From positions 1-63,974 of IMG/VR virus record IMGVR_UViG_3300036785_000518: a stretch of 63,974 bases of DNA. One strand, written 5' to 3'. Source of the stretch: a virus. Its lineage: Duplodnaviria; Caudoviricetes. A model generated the notes under the pieces. That model had not been told where the DNA came from and did no database searches. It was given only the letters and a program-made list of their open reading frames with translations. Positions 46,241 to 55,489 of the stretch are shown piece by piece. The stretch's first letter is position 1; each line of letters starts with the position of its first letter. Both the position numbers and the translations under genes were made by a program.

Positions 46241-48697
46241 ATGGCCGAGAACGCAGTAATATACAGAGACAATCAAGAAACGCAGGCAGCAGACTTCAAT
46301 AACCTCCAAGACTATCTCGGCGGCTCGCTTGACCATATCGTCGGTGATGCCATTGAGCCGAAGATGTCTTATTGGGGCTTCACCATTTCGAAGGTGGCGC
46401 CGACGCAGATCAATGTTTCGCCGGGGCGGTTTTACAGTGCAGGGTCGGTTTATGCGCGCAACGAGGTCGTGACGATCGATCTCTTCAATGTGCTGCCGGT
46501 CACGCAGAAGAAGCAGATCGCGGTGGTGTGCTGGGGGTCGACCATCACGCAGGACATTCAGCCGCGCGATTTCATCATTGATGCGGACACCGGGCAATCG
46601 CAGCCGCAGTCGGTGGCGATGACGACGACGCGGTACTGTAACGTCGACGTGGTGCCCGGCGTCGAAGGTCCATCGCCGCAATATCCAGCGACCGACGCCA
46701 CCGATCTAGTCATTGGTTATGTGCTGGTCGATCCCACCGGCATTGTTTCGGTGCAGCAGCTCACTGCCAACGCGATCGACAATCTGCGCGACCTCACCGA
46801 TCGCGTCACCACGATCGAGGTGTTCGACGCCCAGATTGCAGGACAGGTGGCGACGCTAACGACCGCGCTCGCGGCGCTGGCCGATCAGCTGCGCAACTAT
46901 GTGCTGCTGACCGAGTATCAGAAGCTCGTTACCCTGGTGAAGGAAATCTGGGACCTCATTCATCAGCCGGCGGCATACATCTTTTATGGCACCGACAATT
47001 TTCTCGACACCGCGCAGAGCTACACGACCGGCAACGTTGATGGCGCCTACAACGCTCAGATCAACGAGGGGCTGCGTTTCCCCGGGACCAACGCGGCGGC
47101 GACGACCACGCTGCAGCTGCTCAATCCGTCTGATCCGACCGCCACCATTTCCTTGGATGGATTCATGCTGCCGACGCCGTCCGGCGCGCGCGTGCGGCTC
47201 GACTGCTCGTTCAATGCGCTGCCGTGGATCGAAGAGCGCATTCTGCAGTACGTCTTCATCAACTTCACGATCCGCCATCTGCGGCCGGCGCGATATCGTC
47301 ATCGTTGCGGCTACCCGTGGCTGCCGTGCCCGGCGTCGCAGGTCTGGTGGTATCAGGCTCAGCTCGATCCGACGACGCATATTCTTTCATTTGTCGGTGA
47401 AACCTGGGAGATCGTACAGTGGCGCGATATCGCCCAGCACCCCGAGGACACACCTGACTGGCCGCAGCACAGGTTCGATCGACTGCGGTTCTTCTGGCGT
47501 GACCGTGTCGACATCTACTACTGGGCGAAGCTGTTCGATAATTTCGACCATTCCGGCCAACACATCTGCCAGACCTTCCTCAATGGGCAGGACGGTTGGC
47601 TATCGGGCGTCACGGTCTTCATGAACTCGCCCTTGGCGCAGCCTCTTGCGGTTCTGATTGCTGGGACGCAGAGCGATGGTACGCCTGATCATCTGAAGCA
47701 AACGATCCGGCGCGTCACTCTTGATGGACCCGGCGTGCAGGCGTGCTTCGACAATCCGATTCTGATTGGTGACATCGAGTCGATCCGCACCTTTAGGCTT
47801 GGCCTATTTACCACGAGCATTGTAAGAAGCGGTCCGCCGATCTACGTCTATCCGTGCCGCATCAATTTCCCGCCGGTGTTTCTCGAAAGCGGGAAGCGCT
47901 ATGGATTGCATTTCCTCACGACCTACGATCACCGCTTTTGCATCAGCGACCAGTGGGACCTGTTTGCGGTGCACCAGGGTGCCTACTGGGTGAGCGGCAG
48001 CACCGGGCTGTATTTGTGGCCGTCAACGACGAATCCGAAGTCGCTGCGCTTCATGCTGCACTATGCGACCTGGGGCCAGTGGCAGGGCAACACGCAGGCC
48101 GCGGGCGGCGCGGTGCGTGCCGAGGTCCAGATGCAGCCGCTGCAGCTTGCAGGCGGCATCGGTGGCATCGATATTCTCGCCGATGCTGTCGAGCCGCCCG
48201 CCACCGATCTCTCCTACCAGGTTCAGATTGGCGGCAACTGGCAGAAGTTCGACGCCGATCCAAACATGCCAGCGTTTGCAGGCGGCCCGGCGATACTGCC
48301 GTTCAAGATCGTGTTCAGCGGCACCACCGACCTGATGCCGGGCGTGTCGCTGCAGCAATCGCAGGTGACGGTGCACGGCGTGCGCGCCACGCTGTTCCAT
48401 CACATCAGCACCTTCATTCCGGTCGCTTCGGCGATCACCCATATCAAGGTGATCTGCAAGCTCTACTCGTTCGTTACCGCGCACCACACCTGCACCGCGT
48501 CGCTGCACTATTCGACCACTCACAAGTCAGCCGACGTCATCGCCGACATGACGCTCGACGACGGAAGCATCGAGCGCACCTGGACGTTCAACACCGCATC
48601 GATTGCCGACGGCTTTTATGTCGAGATCGACGGCACCACCGACGGCGTCGGCGACAACTACCTCGTCGGCCAGCGCATCGCCTACGCGTCGCCATAA
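46241..48697 (+). CDS. large baseplate or proximal fiber protein
   Basis: position after gpI; QTFLNGQDGWLSGVTVF module. Confidence 0.6.
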   Translation: MAENAVIYRDNQETQAADFNNLQDYLGGSLDHIVGDAIEPKMSYWGFTISKVAPTQINVSPGRFYSAGSVYARNEVVTIDLFNVLPVTQKKQIAVVCWGSTITQDIQPRDFIIDADTGQSQPQSVAMTTTRYCNVDVVPGVEGPSPQYPATDATDLVIGYVLVDPTGIVSVQQLTANAIDNLRDLTDRVTTIEVFDAQIAGQVATLTTALAALADQLRNYVLLTEYQKLVTLVKEIWDLIHQPAAYIFYGTDNFLDTAQSYTTGNVDGAYNAQINEGLRFPGTNAAATTTLQLLNPSDPTATISLDGFMLPTPSGARVRLDCSFNALPWIEERILQYVFINFTIRHLRPARYRHRCGYPWLPCPASQVWWYQAQLDPTTHILSFVGETWEIVQWRDIAQHPEDTPDWPQHRFDRLRFFWRDRVDIYYWAKLFDNFDHSGQHICQTFLNGQDGWLSGVTVFMNSPLAQPLAVLIAGTQSDGTPDHLKQTIRRVTLDGPGVQACFDNPILIGDIESIRTFRLGLFTTSIVRSGPPIYVYPCRINFPPVFLESGKRYGLHFLTTYDHRFCISDQWDLFAVHQGAYWVSGSTGLYLWPSTTNPKSLRFMLHYATWGQWQGNTQAAGGAVRAEVQMQPLQLAGGIGGIDILADAVEPPATDLSYQVQIGGNWQKFDADPNMPAFAGGPAILPFKIVFSGTTDLMPGVSLQQSQVTVHGVRATLFHHISTFIPVASAITHIKVICKLYSFVTAHHTCTASLHYSTTHKSADVIADMTLDDGSIERTWTFNTASIADGFYVEIDGTTDGVGDNYLVGQRIAYASP

Positions 48698-48712
48698 CGG
48701 GGAAACAAACAA

Positions 48713-48892
48713 ATGGCTGATCCGACCTATTACCAGGTGACGGTGAACGTTGCCTTCACCACCGCCAACGAAGTCTTTCTGCCGGGAAAAACTTACTACG
48801 TCTCGCAGGAGGTCTACGACAGCACGCTGAGCGACGATTCGAAGTTTTCCGATCGTTGCGCGACTGCCGTTCCGATTTACAATCACCCGTGA
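48713..48892 (+). CDS. 59-aa hypothetical tail-associated protein
   Basis: GGGGA RBS, clean ORF MADPTYYQVTV..YNHP. Confidence 0.55.
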   Translation: MADPTYYQVTVNVAFTTANEVFLPGKTYYVSQEVYDSTLSDDSKFSDRCATAVPIYNHP

Positions 48893-48907
48893 GGGAGCGA
48901 AGCTTCG

Positions 48908-50263
48908 ATGGCTGGCGACGTTATCCAGTTCAAGGATTTGCAAGTAGCGCCAAGAGGTGAGGACCTCGATTACCTGTTCTTCAATACGCGCTTTCTGAAT
49001 ATCAGCACGGCCATCAACGGCATTGCTGCGCGCCAGGACACCTTCGACGAGAGTGAGGCGCAGCTGGTGGCGGTCGGTCTGCAGCGCATCAACGATGTGC
49101 TCGGGCCGATGCTGGCGGTGCTGCAGCAGGCGGCGGAGCTTGGCTTCCTCGTCGCCGAGGCGATCGGCGCTAGCGCCAGCCTTACCTTCGGACTCGACAT
49201 CCAGTTCACGGTCACCAGCGACGGCAAGAGCCTGTTCACGCCGACGCCCTATGTGCTGGCAATTGACATTACCGATTCCACCAATTGGGGAATCCTGTCG
49301 CTGACAAGTTATGATGACGTCGGCGGCATTTTGGCGGGTCACTGCGTCTATGCGACCAAGACCAAGACCTCGACGCAATGGTCGCTGTCGTGCAACAGCG
49401 CCCTGCCGTCGGCAATGATGGCCCTGCTGTCACAGGCGCAGACGGCAGCCACCAGCGCCAGCAATTCGGCGGCCACCGTCGCCAGCGAGATGGGTGATCT
49501 GCAGTCGCTGGTCAATGCGGTGCAATCGGGTCCGGTGGCGAGTGTTGCTGGCCGGACCGGTGTCGTTGTGCTCTCGATTCCTGACATTACCGGGCTGGTA
49601 TCCGCGCTCGCCGCCAAGGTTGAAACGGCAACATTCAACAGCCAGCTTGGCACCAAGCAGGCCGTTAGCGCACTGCTCACGGCATTCGCCGCGTTGCCAT
49701 CTGCCGCCGACAAGAACATCTACTTCACCGGCGTTGGCACCATGTCGGTGGCGACCTACACTGCCTTTGCGCGCAGCATGGATGCGGCTGCTGATGCCAC
49801 GACGGCGCGCGGCGTGCTCGGGCTGGGCGACGCCGCAACCCATCCCGCCAGCGACTTTGCCACGTCAGCGAGCATTGCGGCGGCGGGCTATCAGACCGCA
49901 GCGCAGGTCAATGCCGCGATCAGCGCAGCCTTGATCAGCTCGTCGCAGATCGGTGCCGTGTTCGACGATCAGACTGGGACCACTTACGCTTTTGTTCCTG
50001 CCGACAACGGCAAGGCGGTGACGCTCACCAATGCCGCGGCGATCACCGCGACGCTTCCCAACAATCTGGCCAAGGGCTGGAATGCGATCGTTTACCAGGG
50101 TGGCGCGGGGCAGATCACCTTCACGACTGGCACCGGTGCGACGCTGCGCAACCGCCAGAACCAGACCAAGAGCGCGGGCCAATACGCCATGGTGAGCTTG
50201 ATGTGTGTGAGCAACAGCGACGGCGCGAGCGCTGTGGTTGCCCTTGGCGGCGATGCCGCGTGA
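48908..50263 (+). CDS. tail fiber protein
   Basis: VASVAGRTGVV, ARGVLGLGDAAT, QTGTTY..DNGK..YQGGAGQIT motifs. Confidence 0.75.
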   Translation: MAGDVIQFKDLQVAPRGEDLDYLFFNTRFLNISTAINGIAARQDTFDESEAQLVAVGLQRINDVLGPMLAVLQQAAELGFLVAEAIGASASLTFGLDIQFTVTSDGKSLFTPTPYVLAIDITDSTNWGILSLTSYDDVGGILAGHCVYATKTKTSTQWSLSCNSALPSAMMALLSQAQTAATSASNSAATVASEMGDLQSLVNAVQSGPVASVAGRTGVVVLSIPDITGLVSALAAKVETATFNSQLGTKQAVSALLTAFAALPSAADKNIYFTGVGTMSVATYTAFARSMDAAADATTARGVLGLGDAATHPASDFATSASIAAAGYQTAAQVNAAISAALISSSQIGAVFDDQTGTTYAFVPADNGKAVTLTNAAAITATLPNNLAKGWNAIVYQGGAGQITFTTGTGATLRNRQNQTKSAGQYAMVSLMCVSNSDGASAVVALGGDAA

Positions 50264-50925
50264 TCATCGTTCCGGCGGTGCGCGGCTTCCTCGGCGCGGC
50301 GAAGCAATGGGGGCCGCGCAACAGCCTCGTGGCGAAAAACGGCACCGGCACGGTGCTGTTTACCGGGCTGACGATTCCGGCAGGCGCCTTGGTGGTGCTC
50401 GGCGTCTCCGACGTGAGCGCCACATCGACGCTGGGCACCGTTACCGACAGCGCTGGCAACGCCTGGAGCAATACCGGCTGGACCGACAACGCCGCTGGCG
50501 GCGCTTCGATCTTCTGGTCACGCCTCACCAATCCACTCAATGCCGGGACGATCACCGTTACGTCGCGCTCAGGGGCTGGCACGATCGCCGCTGGCGGTAT
50601 GTGGGCCACCGGCCCCGCAGCGGCGCCCTACGACGCCGCCGCCTTCGGCACCACAGGCGTGACCTCTGCCGCGCCAACCTGCATCAGCGGCGCGCCTTCG
50701 GCGGCTGGTGAGCTGTTCTTCGGGATGTGGGCAGCCGGGGCGGTAGCGAGGACCGTTACCAACGATCCGGGCTGGACCAGCCATGGCGTCGTCAATCCGA
50801 CCGCCGCCCTCTATGGGCTGGCTGTTGCGAGCAGAATCAACACCGGAACGGGCGCACTCACCTATGCGCCGACGCTCAACACTAGCGGCCTTTGCCGACT
50901 CAACATTGCCGCCTTCCACCAATAA
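50260..50925 (+). CDS. fiber-associated beta-rich protein
   Basis: VTDSAGNAW, G/A/T-rich, coupled to fiber. Confidence 0.55.
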   Translation: MIIVPAVRGFLGAAKQWGPRNSLVAKNGTGTVLFTGLTIPAGALVVLGVSDVSATSTLGTVTDSAGNAWSNTGWTDNAAGGASIFWSRLTNPLNAGTITVTSRSGAGTIAAGGMWATGPAAAPYDAAAFGTTGVTSAAPTCISGAPSAAGELFFGMWAAGAVARTVTNDPGWTSHGVVNPTAALYGLAVASRINTGTGALTYAPTLNTSGLCRLNIAAFHQ

Positions 50926-50934
50926 GGGGACCGC

Positions 50935-51171
50935 ATGTTCACATTCGACCGCAGCAATCTGCGCATCGACGGGGTGCAGAGCGTCGAGATTTCACCGATC
51001 CAGCCGGACACCAGCTCAACGCAATACGTGCGGCTGATCCAAATCTACACCGATCCATCGACGACGACGAACCGGCGCCCGGTGCTGGAGATCGCCGTAT
51101 ATGGCGGAGATCAAACTGTCAACTCAACAGCCGAACTTGAAATACTTATACCGTCGGGTTTGGAATTTTGA
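50935..51171 (+). CDS. hypothetical protein
   Basis: AAGGGGA RBS. Confidence 0.55.
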   Translation: MFTFDRSNLRIDGVQSVEISPIQPDTSSTQYVRLIQIYTDPSTTTNRRPVLEIAVYGGDQTVNSTAELEILIPSGLEF

Positions 51172-51707
51172 CGCGCTGCAACGGTCGCTTTCATTTTGGC
51201 GATGGCTTCTTTGCTGCGTTTTGTGCCCTTCAGGTGATGGCCGTTGATGCGAATGCGTTCGCGCGTTGCTGCACCGACCTTTGCGCGCGCTTGGACTGAC
51301 AATGGTTTTCCTAATCGAGATTGACGGATTACCTCGATCTGTTCTGGCGTTCGCACCTTGCCCTTGTTGCCAAGGCCAGTTTTGCGCTTGTGCTCTTCTG
51401 TCTTCGGCTTGCGCATTTTCTCACGCGTGGCCTCGCAGTGTGTTCGCGTGTACCCGGCAGGACCACCAGCGGTGAGGTTCCAGCCAATGCCAGCGTGCGG
51501 ACGCAGCTCGCGTTCGAGCGCGTAGCATTGGTCCTCTGTGCCCGTGAAAAGAACCTCGGCTTCAAACAACGAAGTGCGGCGCTTCCGATGCCGTCGCACC
51601 CGATCATCGAAACGACAGGTAACACCAACGTAACCATGCTGCCGATGGTCGGTACACGATGTGTCGAAAAGCCAGTAGACAATCCACAACGAAGGAGATA
51701 TACTCAT
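51111..51707 (-). CDS. GIY-YIG homing endonuclease with NUMOD3-like repeats, antisense
   Basis: IVYW..GYVGVT..R...H, GWNLTAGG, HCEATREKM, RSKEAIAKM. Confidence 0.82.
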   Translation of the reverse strand: MSISPSLWIVYWLFDTSCTDHRQHGYVGVTCRFDDRVRRHRKRRTSLFEAEVLFTGTEDQCYALERELRPHAGIGWNLTAGGPAGYTRTHCEATREKMRKPKTEEHKRKTGLGNKGKVRTPEQIEVIRQSRLGKPLSVQARAKVGAATRERIRINGHHLKGTKRSKEAIAKMKATVAARQNSKPDGISISSSAVELTV

Positions 51708-53616
51708 GAGTAATCCCACCTTTGGGTTGCAATTTATTCAGGTCGACGACCAACCGCAACCTATAGTAGGTGCCAACATGGACGTTGTTGGCATCATCGG
51801 CCCGGCCGCTTTGGCCGATCCGAACATCTTTCCGTTCGACACCCCAGTCCTCGTCTTCTCCAACGACACGGTCACCCTCGCGAAGCTCGGCACCGACGGT
51901 TATATTCCGGACGCGATCAATGGAATCAATAACCAACTGGCGGACTTTGAGATCGCAGCTCAGATGGTGATCGTGCGCACCGACTATGGTTCGCAGAGCG
52001 ACGCCAATCTGAAGCTGCAGCAGACCATCGCCAAGATTATGGGCAACTCGACCGCGGGCACCGGCGTGCACGCGTTTCTCAAGGCGCCGAACCTGCTCTA
52101 TTGCACGCCGCGCATTATCGTTGCGCCCGGTTATACCGGCCAGATGGCGAACTCGCTCGACACCCTGGTCGCCAACATCGTCGGCGTCGGCTACATCCCC
52201 GGTCAAACTTATCAGGTGACGTTCACCCCCGGCATCGGCGAGACCAATGGCGCCAACCTCGTGTTGCCGCAGGCGCACGCGGTGGCCGACGTGAACGGCG
52301 AGATCGATGATGCGCAAATCTTTATCGACAGCTGGGGCGCGTGGTTCACGGTAGCGCCGACGGCGACGCTGCCGCCCTATGACGGCACGCCGATGGCGGC
52401 GCAGCAGGCGACCGGCCAGATCGTGTTCTCGGGCCAGCCCGGCGTCGGTTCGAAGATCACGTTCAATTCTCAGGACGTGACCTTCATCGCCAAGGCGACC
52501 ACGGCGGCCGCGTTCCAGGTCAACCTCGGCGACAACCTCGATGCGACGCTCACCAATCTCGTCACCTATCTCACGGGCGTCGCCGCGCAGGCCAACGCCA
52601 ATCTCGGGCTGTGTAATTACCAGAAGACGCTCGGCGATCTACTCGCGCTCAACATCACCTACAAGGCGGCGGGTGTTGCGGGCAATAGCTTCACCCTCAA
52701 CTCGACGGTGACTGGCGCGTCGTGGCCGCCGCATCTTTCCGGCGGTGTCGCCGCTCAGATCGCGGCCAATGGCACCCTCACCGCCACCATGGCGCTCGGC
52801 GCGAACCCGGTATGTGCCGAGCTGACCGGCGTGCTCGACACTCTGATCGCTCACGCCATTGTCGAGAGCGCTGGCAGCTCGACGATCGCCGATGAGAACT
52901 GGCGCGATACTCTCAACAGCCAGCGCCTGATCGGCCTTTCCGGCGGCTGCAAGGTGATCGATCCGGCAAGCGGCAACATCATCGTGATGCCGCTGGCGCC
53001 GCGGGCTGCGGGCGCGATGGTCGCTGAGGACTTCCGCACCGGCTATCCGTTCCACTCGTTCGCCAATCGCGCGGTGCAAGGCATTGTCGGCCCAGCGCGC
53101 ACCATCGCGTTCTCGCTCACCGACGGCGCCACCGAGGGGCAGCTGCTGCTCGCGGCAAACCTCGGGATCATGGTGCGCGGGCTGGTGGGGGTCGAGACCG
53201 CGATCAGCTCGGGCGGCTTCATCCTGATCGCCACCGACAATATGGGCGACGATGAATTATGGAGGATGTACAACGTAAAAAGAGGTAGGGATTACATACA
53301 CTTGTCACTGATGCCTGCGCTGCGGGTTTACCTTGGCAGAACCAACATCGATCGTCAAACCGTCGCCAACATCGAAGAGACGATCGCCAACTTCCTGTCC
53401 CAGCTCACCGCGTTGCAGCAAATCCTGGGCTATCAGGTCAGGTTCCAGGGCAACCTCAACTCAGCCGACGAAATCAGGCTCGGCCATCTCACGGTGAGCT
53501 TCGCTGCCGAAGAGCCGCCGGTCCTGAAGCGTATCACCACCATGAGCGCGCGATACAAGCCGGCCATCGATGCCCTCGTATCCCAACTGGCTGAACAGCT
53601 TACGTTTACTGGCTGA
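51706..53616 (+). CDS. contractile tail sheath protein with inserted domain
   Basis: VVGIIG..FPFDTPV, TPRIIVAPGY, SFANRAVQG, NVKRGRDYI; AAGGAG RBS. Confidence 0.92.
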   Translation: MSNPTFGLQFIQVDDQPQPIVGANMDVVGIIGPAALADPNIFPFDTPVLVFSNDTVTLAKLGTDGYIPDAINGINNQLADFEIAAQMVIVRTDYGSQSDANLKLQQTIAKIMGNSTAGTGVHAFLKAPNLLYCTPRIIVAPGYTGQMANSLDTLVANIVGVGYIPGQTYQVTFTPGIGETNGANLVLPQAHAVADVNGEIDDAQIFIDSWGAWFTVAPTATLPPYDGTPMAAQQATGQIVFSGQPGVGSKITFNSQDVTFIAKATTAAAFQVNLGDNLDATLTNLVTYLTGVAAQANANLGLCNYQKTLGDLLALNITYKAAGVAGNSFTLNSTVTGASWPPHLSGGVAAQIAANGTLTATMALGANPVCAELTGVLDTLIAHAIVESAGSSTIADENWRDTLNSQRLIGLSGGCKVIDPASGNIIVMPLAPRAAGAMVAEDFRTGYPFHSFANRAVQGIVGPARTIAFSLTDGATEGQLLLAANLGIMVRGLVGVETAISSGGFILIATDNMGDDELWRMYNVKRGRDYIHLSLMPALRVYLGRTNIDRQTVANIEETIANFLSQLTALQQILGYQVRFQGNLNSADEIRLGHLTVSFAAEEPPVLKRITTMSARYKPAIDALVSQLAEQLTFTG

Positions 53617-53652
53617 CTTGCACAACGAAGTAAAGAGTGTTGTGCTGGGTTT

Positions 53653-54192
53653 ATGACCCAGCCAAACGATCTCATTGGAATGAAGTTCGGCCTTCTGACG
53701 GTTCTCAAGAGGGCCGGCGCGACCGGCAGCGGCAATGCCAAGTGGCGCTGCCGCTGTGAATGCGGCAAGTCGACTACCGTTATAGGGTCCGCCCTGAAGA
53801 GTGGGAGGACGCGCTCGTGCGGCCACCTCCGTGTCGAAGTCATTGGGCACTTAAAGACCCGCCACGGCGCCAGGATCGATCGCCGCGAGACACCTGAGTA
53901 CCGAGCCTGGACCGAGATTAAGCGGCGTTGCTACAACCCTAAACTGGCGCAGTTTTCTGACTGGGGCGGCCGCGGCATCACTATGTGCGATCGCTGGCGG
54001 TTCGGTGAGAACGGCAAGCATGGCTTCGAATGCTTCCTCGAAGATGTCGGGCCTAAGCCGCATCCTAAGCTCACGATCGAGCGCCTTGATAATGACGGCA
54101 ATTACGAGCCGAACAATGTGGCATGGGTTACGCGCAAACAGCAAGCCAACAATCGAAGACCACGGCGGGGCCGATCACATGCCGCAGCCTGA
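53653..54192 (+). CDS. HNH homing endonuclease
   Basis: DLIGMKFGLLTV, WRCRCECG, GGRGITMCDRW, TIERLDNDGNYEPNNVAW. Confidence 0.9.
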   Translation: MTQPNDLIGMKFGLLTVLKRAGATGSGNAKWRCRCECGKSTTVIGSALKSGRTRSCGHLRVEVIGHLKTRHGARIDRRETPEYRAWTEIKRRCYNPKLAQFSDWGGRGITMCDRWRFGENGKHGFECFLEDVGPKPHPKLTIERLDNDGNYEPNNVAWVTRKQQANNRRPRRGRSHAAA

Positions 54193-54388
54193 GTTCAAGA
54201 CCTTCATCGAGCGCGGCCCGACCCAAGCGCCCGATGACTATCAGCTGTGGGCATGCCGCGGCACCGGCCGCGGCTGCATCGCCAACATGAGATCAAGCAA
54301 TCAGACACCAGCGCCGCGCAAGCATTGCGCTGATTGCTACGGCCCGTTGCCGAAGCCGCTGCACCAGTCGACGACCTTAATCAAGTAG
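54179..54388 (+). CDS. small Cys-containing hypothetical protein
   Basis: fills gap before tube gene. Confidence 0.35.
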   Translation: MPQPEFKTFIERGPTQAPDDYQLWACRGTGRGCIANMRSSNQTPAPRKHCADCYGPLPKPLHQSTTLIK

Positions 54389-54406
54389 CGAAACGGAGTA
54401 CCATCA

Positions 54407-54994
54407 ATGACGGACACGATCCTAACGCTCGACAAGGCTAATATGTTTGCAGGTCGCGAGCCGAGCGACGTAAACCAGGGTTTATACTTGGAATTAACCG
54501 AGTTCAAACTGCCGGCGATGAACGAGCAATATGTCGATCACCGCGCGGGCGGTGTGCCCATCGGTATCGAGGTCGACACGATGTTCGCCAAGATGGAAGC
54601 TACTTTCCAGTTGATCGGCTGGAATCTGCAGGTGGCTACGCTGGTCAATTCGTGGCTCGCCGAGCAAAACGTGTTCTGGATTTACGGATTGCTGCGCGAT
54701 CGCATGACCGCGGAAGCGATGCGGGTCACCGCCAAGTTGCGCGGCCGTCTCGGTCTCGCCGATCCGCAGAACTGGAATCGCGGTGCAGCCCAGCATTGGA
54801 ATTACGCCATCAAGGGCATCATCGCGTATCAGCTCTCGGTCGAGAACTCGCTAATCTATGACTGGGACTTCTTCAGTAATCGGTTCGTTGTTGGGCAGTT
54901 CGATCGTAATGCCGACGTCAATCGCATCCTCAATGTCCCGACGCCGACCGCCTCGCCAGTGGTGCCGCCGCCGCCGGCTGTGGTCACGGCATAA
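54407..54994 (+). CDS. major tail tube protein (P2 FII-like)
   Basis: EFKLP..HRAGG..KMEATF; follows sheath. Confidence 0.85.
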   Translation: MTDTILTLDKANMFAGREPSDVNQGLYLELTEFKLPAMNEQYVDHRAGGVPIGIEVDTMFAKMEATFQLIGWNLQVATLVNSWLAEQNVFWIYGLLRDRMTAEAMRVTAKLRGRLGLADPQNWNRGAAQHWNYAIKGIIAYQLSVENSLIYDWDFFSNRFVVGQFDRNADVNRILNVPTPTASPVVPPPPAVVTA

Positions 54995-55006
54995 CGGGAA
55001 GGGCCC

Positions 55007-55489
55007 ATGTCGATCGACATCATGCGACGCACCGGCGGATGGGTGGTCGAACTGGCCGTGCCGATCAAGCACGGATCGGCGACCATCGACACCATCGAGA
55101 TCAGGCCGCCGACAATCGACACCGTGGTGCGCTGGGGCGAGGGCGGCTTCCCGTCGTCGATGGCGCTGCTCGCCGATCTGTCGGGCGTCCCGGAAAGGGT
55201 GCTGCGCCAGATCAGCTATCCCGATGCCGACCGCGTCATGATGGCGCTCTACAACATCGTGCCGCAGCAGCTCAAGACCGACTTCACCAGCGGCAATGGG
55301 CGACCACTGGCGACGCCCGCCGATGAATTGCCACCCGAGGAGCCGGGCGCCCGCCCGGTCGACCAGACCGACCCGCGCTTTCCCGCCGATCCGATGGTGC
55401 GGCCGACCGTCATTCGGCGGCCCGAGCCGGTCGACGGCCCCGGCATGTCGCTCGACATGCCTGCACCGGCAGCGCGGCAGGTGTCGTAA
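55007..55489 (+). CDS. tail assembly chaperone
   Basis: LAVPI..IEIRPPT..LLADLSGV; between tube and TMP. Confidence 0.7.
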   Translation: MSIDIMRRTGGWVVELAVPIKHGSATIDTIEIRPPTIDTVVRWGEGGFPSSMALLADLSGVPERVLRQISYPDADRVMMALYNIVPQQLKTDFTSGNGRPLATPADELPPEEPGARPVDQTDPRFPADPMVRPTVIRRPEPVDGPGMSLDMPAPAARQVS

